From Nitrosopumilaceae archaeon (GTDB lineage Archaea; Thermoproteota; Nitrososphaeria; Nitrososphaerales; Nitrosopumilaceae): DNA of 64,000 nucleotides. Each line of letters begins with the position of its first letter. The first letter of the stretch is position 1. The stretch covers positions 64,001-128,000 of the forward strand of contig CBDBCR010000002.1 in assembly GCA_965203465.1 (NCBI GenBank), in the 5' to 3' direction. The notes under the pieces are model-generated. The model was not told where the DNA came from. It searched no databases and saw only the letters and a program-made list of their open reading frames with translations. Shown here in pieces: positions 9,228 through 20,528 of this stretch. A program made the position numbers and the translations under genes.

Positions 9228-9634
9228 GAGCCCATCATGCCGACCATCTTCGGTGGCGTCCTGTAGGACTTGCTGACCATCAGGCCCTCGTCCGAACTCA
9301 CTATCACGAACGACATGGGGTTGCCCTCGGGCGGGGACACTATGATCTTCTGGCCCGGATCGAGCGAGCCGATCTCCTGCGAGTCGCCGCCGCCAAAGTT
9401 GACCTGCACGCCGGTCAGCCCGAGGGCGCCGGTGTTCTGGACCGTCACCCTGCCGGTCACGAAGAGGTTCTGTTCGTCTAGCAGCGCGTCTACGTAAAGG
9501 TCGTGGTCCTGCGTGGCTATGGCCACGTCGGCCATGTTGAGGACGATGACCCCCGAGACGGCCGCGATGGCCGCGCCTGCAAGCACGAGCAGGTACGTGT
9601 AGGCGGCCACGCCTTTTGGGGGGGCCGCGCACAT
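9224..9634 (-). CDS. Hypothetical protein with N-terminal membrane anchor and a small beta-rich domain
   Basis: Hydrophobic N-terminus, VTVQNTG...V motif, coding-like codon usage. Confidence 0.65.
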   Translation of the reverse strand: MCAAPPKGVAAYTYLLVLAGAAIAAVSGVIVLNMADVAIATQDHDLYVDALLDEQNLFVTGRVTVQNTGALGLTGVQVNFGGGDSQEIGSLDPGQKIIVSPPEGNPMSFVIVSSDEGLMVSKSYRTPPKMVGMMGS

Positions 9635-9697
9635 TAAAGACTTGCTGATCCGGGGCGGGCGCGCCTGCCGGAGATCTCTCGCCGCCCAAGCGCGAGC

Positions 9698-9967
9698 TTA
9701 GTCCTTGCCGTAGACTGACTTGTGATCGCAGACGCGCGTCAAGACTATCCGGTGGTGGTCGCGCTCGATCCTATAGATCATCCTGTCTGACTGGCCGATC
9801 TCGTACGCAAATGCGCGAGTCGACTTTTTGTAGCGGCCCATGACCGCGGGGTCGTCTGACTCTGCGAGATCCTTCATTGCTAGATCTACGCGAGATTGCC
9901 GTAGGCCGCCCATGTTCTTGTACTGGCGCACAAAAGTCTGTTTTTTAACAATTTTCCAATTGGCCGT
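9698..9967 (-). CDS. RelE/ParE-family type II toxin
   Basis: WKIVKKQTFVRQYKNM...DRMIYRI...RVCDHKSVY; lies downstream of an acidic partner gene; start uncertain (ACG at 9967 or GTG at 9931). Confidence 0.75.
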   Translation of the reverse strand, partial: TANWKIVKKQTFVRQYKNMGGLRQSRVDLAMKDLAESDDPAVMGRYKKSTRAFAYEIGQSDRMIYRIERDHHRIVLTRVCDHKSVYGKD

Positions 9968-9982
9968 GGGATCTTTTCAGCC

Positions 9983-10231
9983 CTACTCTCTTTTCAAGTC
10001 TGCCAGCAGTTCCTCTACAGAAGAATACTCCTTTTCGTCGTCAGAATCGTAGGATTCAATGATGTCGAATACTTCTTCGGGGCTGAGATCGTCCTCGTGG
10101 AGCAAATCCAAGTATTGCTCAAAGTCCATAGTGCCTGCAAACTCCGACTTTAGAAAATACTCCCGTATGATGCCAAGCTTGTCCTCTGGAAGACTCGTGA
10201 ATGGGTTGGACACTTGACGCGTGCTTGACAT
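9983..10231 (-). CDS. Putative antitoxin (acidic, 82 aa)
   Basis: Directly upstream of the toxin, C-terminal YSSVEELLADL motif, lower GC than the flanks, tttata box near 10255-10263. Confidence 0.7.
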   Translation of the reverse strand: MSSTRQVSNPFTSLPEDKLGIIREYFLKSEFAGTMDFEQYLDLLHEDDLSPEEVFDIIESYDSDDEKEYSSVEELLADLKRE

Positions 10232-10340
10232 GCTGTCTGGAGCCGGACATGGAATATATAAACACTCAAAATCGACCGAGATTCCGGCGCGCCACTGCGT
10301 CTTGCTAGCTCGATCGCAACGCTTGCCGCGGCCCGCGCGC

Positions 10341-10625
10341 TCAGGACCTGCTTACCTGCACGCCGCTCCAGAACGCTATCATGCCGGCTATCTGCGCCGC
10401 GCCGTCCTTGGGTTCGCGGTACGACCAGGCGCAGTCCTCGTTGGAGCGGCCGTCCACGGTGAGCGTATAGTAGGTGGCGGTCCCCTTGTAGCCGCACTGC
10501 GACCTGGTCTGGGTCTCTGCTAGCACGCCGGGCAGCACCGAATCTGCCGGAAAGTAGCAGTACCCGTCCACCTCGACGGTCCGATCGCTCTGGGCCACGA
10601 CACGGCCGTTCCAGGACGCCTTCAC
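10341..10625 (-). CDS. DUF427 family protein
   Basis: KASWNGRVVAQSD, YFPADS, CGYKGTATYY, AWSYREP. Confidence 0.88.
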   Translation of the reverse strand: MKASWNGRVVAQSDRTVEVDGYCYFPADSVLPGVLAETQTRSQCGYKGTATYYTLTVDGRSNEDCAWSYREPKDGAAQIAGMIAFWSGVQVSRS

Positions 10626-10651
10626 GCGGGCGCTTTCCGGGAGGGGCAATA

Positions 10652-11575
10652 TTAGTCGCACTGAATCGGGCCGCCGCCGGCCACGCGCACCGGCGAGGAT
10701 TCGGGGCGCAGGACCGCCACGGGCCCGCCCGCATAGACGACGGGTTTGTCGAACTCGAGGGAGAACGGATCGAGGGACTTTACGCGCGCGGCCCTCGACT
10801 GCAGGCCGCACACCGCGACGCACGCGAGGCCCTCGCGCAGGCCTCCCTTGTAGTACTTGGTGGGCTCAAAGTCCAGCACGGCCGACGAGAAGGTCGGGGG
10901 GAGCTCGCCGGAGCACAGCATGTCGCCGCGCTGCACCGTTGCTCCCTTTACGGCCAGCCCCACGCGCGCGGGCGCTGAGGCCTCCGCGACGGGATCGTCG
11001 TGCATCTGTATGGATCTTACCAGCACGTCGGCGCCGGCCGGCAGCAGCCTCAGCGTGTCGTGCTGCCGCACGGTGCCCGAGACCACCCTGCCGAGCACCA
11101 CCGTCCCGACGCTCTTTACGTCGAAGACGTGGTCTGCTGCCACGCGCGCGGGGCCGCCTTCGGCGCGCGCCCCCGCCCGCGCCCCCGCCCGCGCGACGGC
11201 CTCGCGCAGCCCGTCCGGCTCGGCCCTCGCGTACTTTTCAGCGACGGTGCCGCGCACCGCCGCTTCCAGCGCGCCCGGATCCACGGCCTCCGAATGGCAG
11301 AGTATGCCGCTCTTGGCGCCCATCAAGTCCAGGGCGATTATCTGCTCGCCTGCGAACCTGTCCAGGGAAGAGACGTACAGTATCGCGGCCTCTGACATGT
11401 TGATCGCGTAAAAGAGCGGCTGTATCTTTTCGGGGAATCCGGCCGGCGCCACAAAAGTCCTGAGCACCCCGCCTTCCTTGCGGTCGTACATGCGCAGATC
11501 CGTGCTGGTCCCCTTTTTGCCCAGGGACAGCGCGAGATCCGGCTCGCCGAGGAACGCAAAGTTGGCAGACTCCAC
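10652..11575 (-). CDS. EF-Tu domain 2-containing (SelB/EF-Tu-related) protein
   Basis: DHVFDVKSVGTVVLG and VRSIQMHD...RVGLA beta-barrel motifs; degenerate G domain. Confidence 0.8.
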   Translation of the reverse strand: MESANFAFLGEPDLALSLGKKGTSTDLRMYDRKEGGVLRTFVAPAGFPEKIQPLFYAINMSEAAILYVSSLDRFAGEQIIALDLMGAKSGILCHSEAVDPGALEAAVRGTVAEKYARAEPDGLREAVARAGARAGARAEGGPARVAADHVFDVKSVGTVVLGRVVSGTVRQHDTLRLLPAGADVLVRSIQMHDDPVAEASAPARVGLAVKGATVQRGDMLCSGELPPTFSSAVLDFEPTKYYKGGLREGLACVAVCGLQSRAARVKSLDPFSLEFDKPVVYAGGPVAVLRPESSPVRVAGGGPIQCD

Positions 11576-11689
11576 GGGCGCAGCGGCGCCCGGCGTGATT
11601 TAACCCATGGCTTGCACGATTTTACGCCTTTGGAACACCGGCGTGCAAGGCGCTCATGCCTTATATCGAGACCGCTTTGGGCCCTGTTC

Positions 11690-14600
11690 GTGAAATTCAC
11701 GCTAGCCGCGGCCGCAGCCTTGGCCATCATCGCTTCGCAGTCCGCCTTTGCCCAGAGCCAGGCCGACTTTGCAGGAGGGCTCGAAGAGGCGCTCGGCCAC
11801 TTCAAGGCCCTCGAGGACAACCTCGACGACGGAAACGCCGAACTTGCCCTGGTCCACGCCACGCACCCGATAGAGGAGCTCTACGAGGCCATGAAGCCGC
11901 AGCTTGCCTCTGCCGACCCGTCGCTCGACGCGCGCGTGCAGGCGGCGTTGCAGCAGCTGGGCCGGGACACCGGTTCCAACGTGTCGCGCGCCCAGGCGCA
12001 GGCCGCCATCGACGCGGCAAAGGAGATAATCGAGGTGGCCCGCACGGCCGTGGTGGGATCCGATCTCAGCGCGGATCCGGCGTTCAAGATAGACTTGGCA
12101 AAGGGGCTCTTGGAGACCTCGATAGCAGAGTACGGCGAAGCCGTAGAGAACGGCGCGATAACCAACATGCCCGAGTTCCAGGACGGCTCGGCCTTCGTCT
12201 GGAGGGCAGAGCAGATAACAATGACGCTCGGCTCCGAGGGCGAGGGCCTCTCGGAGGCATACGACGCGGTGAACGCGGCGTACGCGAGGACCGCCTCGCC
12301 TGCCGCGGTAGAATCGGCGACCAACGACCTGATGGACAAGCTCGACGCCCTGCACCAAAACCGGATAGACTTTGCCGGAGGGCTCGAAGAGGCGCTCGGG
12401 CCACTTCAAGGCCCTCGAGGACAACCTCAGGGAGGGCAACGCGGAGTTTGTCTTGGTCCACGCCACGCACCCGATAGAGGAGCTCTACGAGGCCATGAAG
12501 CCGCAGCTTGCCTCGGCCGACGTGGCGCTCGACTCGCGCGTGCAGGCCGTGCTAAAGCAGCTGGGCAGGGACACCGGCTCGAGCGTCTCGCGCACCGACG
12601 CCCAGTCCGCGGTCAACGCGGCAAAGGAGATAGTCGAGGAGGCGCGCACCGCCGTGGTCGGCGACTACCTGTCCGAAAAACCCGAGACCAAACTAAAGCT
12701 GATGCGCGGCCTCTTGGAGACTTCGGTGGCCGAGTACGGCGAGGCCGTCCAGGACGGCGCCATAGTCAACGTAGCAGAGTTCCAGGACGGCTCGGCGTTC
12801 GTGTGGAGGGCAGAGCGGATACTTGCCGGTATCGGCGACGCCCCCGCGATGGCCTCCGAGTTTGCCGCCGTAAAGGCGGCCTACGAGCAGCGCGTCGATC
12901 CGTCCGAGGTGGAGGCCCTTACCGCAAAGATAACCGACAAGATAGACTCGGTGGTCGGCTCGAACCAGACAGATCTTTCGGACTACGTATCGAACATACG
13001 CGCCATGCTCGAGCAGGCGCGCGCAGAGTACGCCGCCGGCAACACCGACGAGGCGCTCAGTCTGGCCACACGCGCCTACCTCGACAACTACGAGTTCCTA
13101 GAGGCGCCCCTGATACAGGCCGGCGAGCGCGAGCTGATGGAGGACGTGGAAATAATGATGCGCGAAGAGCTGCGCTCCATGATACGCAACGGCTCGGCGG
13201 CAGCGGCGGTCAGCTCCCAGATAGACTCGGTGCTGTCCGGAATGAACGACGTAGGGGCGGCGCTCGTGCCGTCGGGCGCCATGGCCATGACAGCCATGGT
13301 TTCCGGGCAGGATGCCGCCGACTTTGCCGGAGGGCTCGAAGAGGCGCTCGGCCACTTCAAGGCTCTGGAAGACAACCTCGACGACGGGGACGCGGACTCG
13401 GCGCTGATCCACGCCACGCACCCGATCGCAGAGCTGTACGACGCCATGAAGCCGCAGCTTGCCTCTGCCGACCCGTCGCTCGACGCGCGCGTGCAGGCGG
13501 CGTTGCAGCAGCTGGGCAGGGACACCGGCCCGGGCGTCTCGCGAGCACAGGCGCAGTCGGCGATAGATGCGGCAAAAGACGTCGTGGAAGTGGCCCGCAC
13601 GGCCGTGGTGGGCGACGAGCTCAGCGCGGATCCGGCGTTCAAGATAGACTTGGCAAAGGGGCTCTTGGAGACATCGATAGCAGAGTACGGCGAGGCCGTA
13701 GAGAACGGCACCATTGTGAACCTGCCCGAGTTCCAGGACGGCTCGGCGTTCGTGTGGAGGGCAGAGCAGATAACCATGACGCTCGGGCAAGAGGGCGCCG
13801 GCCTGTCGGGGGCGTACGATGCGGTGAACGAGGCGTACGCGAGGACCGCCTCGCCGGCCGAGGTGGAATCGGCGACCAACGACCTGATGGCGGAGCTTGA
13901 CGCCCTGCACCAAAACAGGATAGACTTTGCCGGAGGGCTGGAAGAGGCGCTCGGCCACTTCAAGGCTCTGGAAGACAACCTCGACGACGGGGACGCGGAC
14001 TCGGCGCTGATCCACGCCACGCACCCGATCGCAGAGCTGTACGAATCGATGAAGCCGCAGCTTGCCTCGGCCGATCCGGCGCTTGATCGGCGCGTGCAGG
14101 CCACGCTAGACCAGCTCGGAGACAAGACCGGCCCCGGCGTATCCAGAGCCGACGCCCAGACTGCCATAGACGCGGCAAAGGGCGTAGTGGAGACGGCCCG
14201 CACGACCGTGGTCGGCGACTATCTTTCCGAAAAGTCGGGAACCAAACTGATGCTCATGCGCGGCCTCTTGGAGACTTCGGTGGCCGAGTACGGCGAGGCC
14301 GTCGAGAACGGCGCGATAACCAACCTGCCCGAGTTCCAGGATGGCTCGGCTTTCGTGTGGAGGGCCGAGCAGATACTCGCCGATATCGACGACGCGCCGG
14401 CCATGTCGTCGGAGTTTGCCGCCGTAAAGGCGGCCTACGAGCAGCGCGTCGATCCGTCAGAGGTGGCGGATCTGACTGCAAAGATCACCGACAAGATAGA
14501 CTCCGTTGTGGGCTCCAGCGAGACGGGCCTTTCAGACTACATATCCAACATACGCGCCATGCTCGAGCAGGCGCGCGCAGAGTACGCCGCCGGCAACACC

Positions 14601-16436
14601 GACGAGGCGCTCAGCCTCGCCACAAAGGCGTACCTCGACAACTACGAGTTCCTAGAGGCGCCCCTGATACAGGCCGGCGAGCGCGAGCTGATGGAGGATG
14701 TGGAAATAATGATGCGCGAAGAGCTGCGCTCCATGATACGCAACGGCTCGGCGGCAGCGGCGGTCAGCTCCCAGATAGACTCGGTGCTGTCAGGAATGAA
14801 CGACGTAGGGGCGGCGCTCGTGCCGTCAGGCGCTTCCATGCAGGATGCCGCCGACTTTGCCGGAGGGCTCGAAGAGGCGCTCGGCCACTTCAAGGCTCTG
14901 GAAGACAACCTCGACGACGGGGACGCGGACTCGGCGCTGATCCACGCCACGCACCCGATCGCAGAGCTGTACGAATCGATGAAGCCGCAGCTTGCCTCTG
15001 CCGACCCGTCGCTCGACGCGCGCGTGCAGGCGGCGTTGCAGCAGCTGGGCAGGGACACCGGCCCGGGCGTCTCGCGAGCACAGGCGCAGTCGGCGATAGA
15101 TGCGGCAAAAGACGTCGTGGAAGTGGCGCGCACGGCCGTGGTGGGCGACGAGCTCAGCGCGGATCCGGCATTCAAGATAGACTTGGCAAAGGGCCTGCTC
15201 GTCACGTCGATAGCAGAGTACGGCGAGGCCGTGGAAAACGGCACCATAGTCAACCTGCCCGAGTTCCAGGACGGCTCGGCCTTCGTGTGGAGGGCCGAGC
15301 AGATAACCATGACGCTCGGGCAAGAGGGCGCCGGCCTGTCGGGGGCGTACGACGCGGTGAACGAGGCGTACGCGAGGACCGCCTCGCCTGCCGCGGTAGA
15401 ATCGGCGACCAACGACCTGATGGCGGAGCTTGACGCCCTGCACCAAAACAGGATAGACTTTGCCGGAGGGCTGGAAGAGGCGCTAGGCCACTTCAAGGCC
15501 CTCGAGGACAACCTCGACGACGGGGACGCGGACTCGGCGCTGATCCACGCCACGCACCCGATCGCAGAGCTGTACGAATCGATGAAGCCGCAGCTTGCCT
15601 CGGCCGACAGGGCGCTCGACGAGCGGGTACGGACGACGCTGAACCAGCTGGGCGACAAGACCGGCCCGGACGCGTCCAGGGCCGAGGCGCAGGCCGCGAT
15701 CGACGATGCAAGAGCGGTGGTGGAGACGGCCCGCACGACCGTGGTCGGCGACTATCTTTCCGAAAAGTCGGGGACCAAGCTGATGCTCATGCGCGGCCTC
15801 TTGGAGACTTCGGTGGCCGAGTACGGCGAGGCCGTCGAGAACGGCGCGATAACCAACCTGCCCGAGTTCCAGGACGGCTCGGCTTTCGTGTGGAGGGCCG
15901 AGCAGATACTAGCAGAGATCGACGACGCCCCCGCGATGGCCTCTGACTTTGCGGCCGTAAAGTCGGCCTACGATCAGCGCGTCGATCCCTCCAGAGTGGC
16001 CGACCTGACCGCGGCCATAACGGACAAGATAGACTCGGTGGTCGGCTCGAGCCAGGCCGACCTCTTGGACTACGTGGCCAACATACGCGATCTGCTAGAG
16101 GAGGCGCGCACCGAATACGCCGCCGGCAACACCGACGAGGCGCTCAGCCTCGCCACCAAGGCGTACCTCGACAACTACGAGTTCCTAGAGGCGCCCCTGA
16201 TACAGGCCGGCGAGCGCGAGCTGATGGAAGAAGTCGAGATAATGATCCGCGAAGAGCTGCGCTCCATGATCCGCGAGGGGGCGCCGGCCGACGAGGTCAG
16301 CTCCCAGATAGACACGATACTGATCAGGATGGACACCGTCGCCCAGATAGTGCCAGAGTTCGGCGTCATGGCCGCCCTGGTGATGGCCTCGGCTACGGCC
16401 GCGGCGGTGGGCATCGGCGCCCGCCGCAGGTTCTAG
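11690..16436 (+). CDS. Large secreted PEFG-CTERM protein made of triplicated helical His/Glu-rich domains; one +1 frameshift at 12398-12400
   Basis: ttatat at 11661, signal peptide MKFTLAAAAALAIIASQSAFA, terminal VPEFG-hydrophobic-RRRF; ORFs 11612 and 12372 join at ctcgggccac where all other repeat copies have gg. Confidence 0.85.
11765..16350 (+). repeat. Intragenic (A-A-B)x3 repeat, unit about 1.55 kb
   Basis: DFAGGLEEALGHF starts at 11765, 12368, 13320, 13923, 14853, 15456; YLDNYEFLE at about 13077, 14631, 16164. Confidence 0.92.
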
Positions 16437-16544
16437 CCCGCGGGCCGGCCGCCTGCAAACCCGCAGCGGGGCGGCCGCGCCTTGTGTTTTGAATTCGAAG
16501 CGGATCCCGAAGAATTGCCGGTCGCGCGCGGCCCGGGGCGCGCC

Positions 16545-17273
16545 CTAGGCTTCCTTTACGGACACGGCGCCGTCCTCGTACACCGCGTAGTGGCGAAGCG
16601 CGGTGTCTATGCAGTGGTGCTCCGAATCCGCGGTTTTCCCGCTGCGCACCTCGTAGTCTTTTGTGTGGCCGAACACTTGGCTCACCCCGGCGACGTCCTC
16701 GAACTCCGAATAGTCGCACCACGTGATGCCGCCTACCTCGCGCAGCCCGCCCCTGCTCCTGCCGGCCTCGAACAGGGGCGCGCTGCCCCCCTTTAGTGCA
16801 GACTCCATCTGGGCGTACGCGCCGGACAGCGCCTCTGAGGCGCCCGCCTTTCCGGCCGCCCCGGAGCACCTGCGCACCAGCGCGCCGGACAGCCCGGCGT
16901 GCGTGCAGAGCCACCGCCCGTCCAGCCAGCAGTAGGGGACGGCGCGCTGCCAGGGCACGCGCGCGGCGCGTATCTCGTCTAGCGTGAGCTCGTCGTACCC
17001 GCTGCAGCGGAATTCCCGGTTGGGGCTCATGTAGTGGACGTCGTGGTTGCCGAGCAGGTGCACGCGCCCCTCTTTTTCCATGGATCCGGCCAGCCACCGG
17101 GCCGTCTCTTCCGGATCGCCGCCCTCGAAGCTGTCAAAGTAGTCGCCCAGGAACACGGCCGTGTCCGGCGCCTCTTTTTCCAGAATCCTTTCGGCCTTTG
17201 CGTGCTCGTCGTGCACGTCCGGCACGATCACTATCCTGGCGCCGGGGCGCGCGTCCAGCTCCACCCTAGCCAC
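16545..17273 (-). CDS. Calcineurin-like metallophosphoesterase
   Basis: DVH, GDYFD, GNHD, HAG, GHT motifs. Confidence 0.88.
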   Translation of the reverse strand: MARVELDARPGARIVIVPDVHDEHAKAERILEKEAPDTAVFLGDYFDSFEGGDPEETARWLAGSMEKEGRVHLLGNHDVHYMSPNREFRCSGYDELTLDEIRAARVPWQRAVPYCWLDGRWLCTHAGLSGALVRRCSGAAGKAGASEALSGAYAQMESALKGGSAPLFEAGRSRGGLREVGGITWCDYSEFEDVAGVSQVFGHTKDYEVRSGKTADSEHHCIDTALRHYAVYEDGAVSVKEA

Positions 17274-18177
17274 CCGCGACGGCCATGCGCAGCATGCCGC
17301 CCAGCCTGCGCTCCGGAACCCGCCCCGGCCCGCCGTTGATCCCGCGCGAGAGGCGCCTCGCGAGCCGGACGGCCACCTCGTAGACGAGATCCCACAGGCG
17401 GCTCTCGGGGGCCGCGTTGTAGGCGCGCAGCAGCAGAGACAGGAGCCACCGGGCCCCCGGGTATTCGGTCCTGATGTACTCTGCCAGGTATTCCTGCGAG
17501 CTGCTTATCTTGTAGCGCAGGTGCTCCAGCGCCTCGGCCCGCGCCGCGTAGCCGGTCCTTGCCACGCGCACGCGCCCGCGCCTCATGGCCGACAGGGCCC
17601 CGTCCAGCGAGCCGCCAGAGTCTATCTCGTTGACGCACCTGCCCATCGTGGAGAGCACGTGCGAATCGCTGCCGGCCACGGCCGTCATGCCCCTCTCGAG
17701 GGCGAACTCGCAGGCGCGCGCGTTCGACACGAGGTCCACGTTGTTGCTGTTGAACGCCTCGACCATGTCGCACTCGGAGGCGCGCTCGCGCAGAGCGTCC
17801 AGTATGCTGAAGGGGTGGGGCGCAGACGAGACGCCGTCCTGCCGCCTCACCTGCTCGAGCGTCTCGTCCAGGCCCATCCCGGGCCTGATCTGATCGCGCA
17901 GCCCGTAGGCCAGCACGTGCGCGCCCGTGTCTATGGTTATCTCCTCTGCCGGAAAGACCGATATCCCGGCGAACTTTTCGTGGTCCCTGGCGCACTCGAG
18001 CATCTGCGAGTACCCGTCGAGCGTGTTGTGGTTGGTCACGAACACCGCGTCAATGCCGGCCGCCCTGGCGGCCTCGAGCTGGTCGCGCACGCCGACGTTG
18101 CAGTCGTACGGCGGCTCCCTGTCCCCCACGTGGAAGTTCGAGAACGAGTTGTGGCAGTGGAGCTCGGCGCGCAGCAA
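17266..18177 (-). CDS. PHP domain protein
   Basis: ELHCH, TNHN, EEI, PHPF, GSDSH motifs. Confidence 0.88.
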   Translation of the reverse strand: MLRAELHCHNSFSNFHVGDREPPYDCNVGVRDQLEAARAAGIDAVFVTNHNTLDGYSQMLECARDHEKFAGISVFPAEEITIDTGAHVLAYGLRDQIRPGMGLDETLEQVRRQDGVSSAPHPFSILDALRERASECDMVEAFNSNNVDLVSNARACEFALERGMTAVAGSDSHVLSTMGRCVNEIDSGGSLDGALSAMRRGRVRVARTGYAARAEALEHLRYKISSSQEYLAEYIRTEYPGARWLLSLLLRAYNAAPESRLWDLVYEVAVRLARRLSRGINGGPGRVPERRLGGMLRMAVAGG

Positions 18178-18213
18178 CGCGGCGCAGGCCCGGCGCGCCG
18201 ATTATAACCGTTT

Positions 18214-19647
18214 TCAGTACCCGCGGGCGAACAGGACCTCGCGCCCGCCGCCCTTCCCGCAGACGGCGCACGGCGCCGGCTCGCCCCGCTCGAACGGCAC
18301 CACGCGTATGTCCGCGCCCGTCTCGTCCTTTACCTTTTTTTCGCACGCGGGCGAGCCGCACCACGGCGCCCTGGCAAAGCCGGCGCCGGCCGCCTCCCTG
18401 AGCTGCCCGTACGAGGAGGCAGAGCGCGTCATGGATTCCTGGGCCGCGCGCGCCGCCTCCAGCATGTCCTTCTGGATCCGGGCGAGCATGGCAGCGGAGC
18501 GCGCGCCAAGCTCGCCTAGCGGCACGCCGAGCTTGGAGCCGTCGCGGCGCACCGCCACGAGCGCCTCGCCCCTGGCCAGGTCGCGCGGGCCCACCTCCAC
18601 GCGCAGGGGCACGCCGCGCATCTCCCAGTCGTTGTACTTGTAGCCGGGCGTCAGGTCCCTGTCGTCGAGCGAGGCGCGCACGCCCGCCTCGCCGAGGCTC
18701 CGGAGGGCGCGCCCGGCCGCCTCGGCGACGGGCCCCCTGTCGGGCCCCTTGAAGGCTATGGGTATGACGACCGCCTGCAGGGGCGCGACCCTTGGCGGCA
18801 GCACCAGGCCCCTGTCGTCGCCGTGCACCATTATCATGGCCCCTATCAGCCTCCACGAGACGCCCCACGAGGTCTGCCACGCGAAGCGCTCGGCGTTGTC
18901 CCTGTCGGCGAACTTTACGCCGAACGGGCGCGAAAAGTTCTGCCCCAGAAAGTGCGAGGTGCCCATCTGCAGGGCGCGCCCGTCGGGCATCATCGATTCT
19001 ATGGTGCTGGTGTACACGGCCCCGACGAACTTTTCGGCCTCGCTCTTGCGGCCTGCCACCACGGGCACGGCCAGCTCCTCCTCGACGGTCTCGGCGTACA
19101 CCCGGAGCATCTCGGAGACCTGCTCTTCGGCCCCGTCGCTGTCGGCGTGGACCGTGTGCCCCTCCTGCCAGAGGAACTCCGATGTCCTCAAAAAGGGCTT
19201 TGTGGACTTTATCTCGGCGCGCAGGGCCGTGTTCCAAAAGTTGATCTTTAGCGGCAGGTCGCGCCAGCTGCGCACCCACTTGGAGTACAGCGAGTAGGCC
19301 AGCGTCTCGGAGGTGGGCCGCAGCGCGAGCCTGTCGCCAAGCTCGGCGCCGCCCGAGCGGGTGACCCAGAACACCTCCGGGTCGAAGCCGGCAAAGTGCT
19401 CCTTTTCCAGTTTCAGCAGCGATTCGGGTATCAGGGTGGGCAGGAACCCGTTGCGCACGCCAAGCTCGGCGAAGCGCGCGTCGAGCCTGGAGCGCAGCGC
19501 CTCCCACACGGCGTACCCGTCGGGGCGCAGGGCCACCAGGCCCTTTACGGGGACGTAGTCTGCAAGCTCGGCCCTGATGACGACCTGCGTGTACCATTCG
19601 GCAAAGTCGCCCGACTTTGAGGCCGTGATGCCCTCCTGCTCGCCCAA
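18214..19647 (-). CDS. proS: Prolyl-tRNA synthetase, archaeal/eukaryotic type
   Basis: LRPTSET, FLRTSEFLWQEGH, QMGTSH, TSWGVSWR, C-terminal FARGY. Confidence 0.96.
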   Translation of the reverse strand: MGEQEGITASKSGDFAEWYTQVVIRAELADYVPVKGLVALRPDGYAVWEALRSRLDARFAELGVRNGFLPTLIPESLLKLEKEHFAGFDPEVFWVTRSGGAELGDRLALRPTSETLAYSLYSKWVRSWRDLPLKINFWNTALRAEIKSTKPFLRTSEFLWQEGHTVHADSDGAEEQVSEMLRVYAETVEEELAVPVVAGRKSEAEKFVGAVYTSTIESMMPDGRALQMGTSHFLGQNFSRPFGVKFADRDNAERFAWQTSWGVSWRLIGAMIMVHGDDRGLVLPPRVAPLQAVVIPIAFKGPDRGPVAEAAGRALRSLGEAGVRASLDDRDLTPGYKYNDWEMRGVPLRVEVGPRDLARGEALVAVRRDGSKLGVPLGELGARSAAMLARIQKDMLEAARAAQESMTRSASSYGQLREAAGAGFARAPWCGSPACEKKVKDETGADIRVVPFERGEPAPCAVCGKGGGREVLFARGY

Positions 19648-19721
19648 CGGGCGCGGGCGCCCGCCTGCCAATATGAGGCTTGGCCGATCCGCATTTAGGT
19701 GGGGCCTTTCCGGCGCGCGGC

Positions 19722-20528
19722 GTGTTCGGCAGGGACGATCCGGCCCAGTTGATGCGGCAGGCCTCGCAGGCGGCCGGCAGCGACCCCAAGAGGGCCGCCT
19801 CGCTGCTCGGCAGGGTGCTGCGCGCCGAACCGCGGAACCGCGAGGCGCTCTACCGGCGCGGCCAGCTGCTCAACCGGCTGCGCAAGTACTCCGACGCGGT
19901 CACCTGCTTCGACGCGCTGCTCTCGCTGGACCCGCAGGACGTGCGGGCGCACATCAACCGGGGCATATCGATGGCCGAGATGGGCGACACCGAGTCGGCG
20001 GCGCGCAGCTACGAGCGCGCCATGGCGGCCGACCCGCGGTCCGCGCCTGCCCGCTTCAACAGGGGCGTGCTCTACGACCGCCTCGGCGACCACCGAAAGG
20101 CGCTCGAGATGATGGACGAGGCCGTGCGGCTGGACCCGTCGGCCGAGGGCCCGCTGTTCTACCGGGGCATAGTGCTGGCAAAGTCGGGGCGCCACCGCGA
20201 ATCGCTGGAGTGCTTCGAAAAGGTCGGGCGCAAGTTCCCCGGCCACCGCGACGCGCTCTTCCACCGCGGCATAGAGCACGCGGAGCTGGGCGAGCACGAG
20301 CTGGCCCTGCCCATATTCGAGCAGATCCTGTCGGGGGGGCCGAACACCAACGTGACGTACGCAAAGGCGCGCAGCCTGGCCGCGCTCGGCCGCGACGGCG
20401 AATCCCTCGCCCTGCTGGAGCGGGCCGTCAAGGCCAGCCCGAAGCAGATCAGGGCGTGGATGCGCGAGGAAAAGTCGTTCGCGCGCCTGCGCCAGTCCGA
20501 AAAGTTCAGGAAACTGGCAAAGCTATAG
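19722..20528 (+). CDS. Tetratricopeptide repeat protein
   Basis: About 34-aa periodic repeats (ALYRRG, AHINRG, ARFNRG, PLFYRG, ALFHRG). Confidence 0.88.
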   Translation: MFGRDDPAQLMRQASQAAGSDPKRAASLLGRVLRAEPRNREALYRRGQLLNRLRKYSDAVTCFDALLSLDPQDVRAHINRGISMAEMGDTESAARSYERAMAADPRSAPARFNRGVLYDRLGDHRKALEMMDEAVRLDPSAEGPLFYRGIVLAKSGRHRESLECFEKVGRKFPGHRDALFHRGIEHAELGEHELALPIFEQILSGGPNTNVTYAKARSLAALGRDGESLALLERAVKASPKQIRAWMREEKSFARLRQSEKFRKLAKL

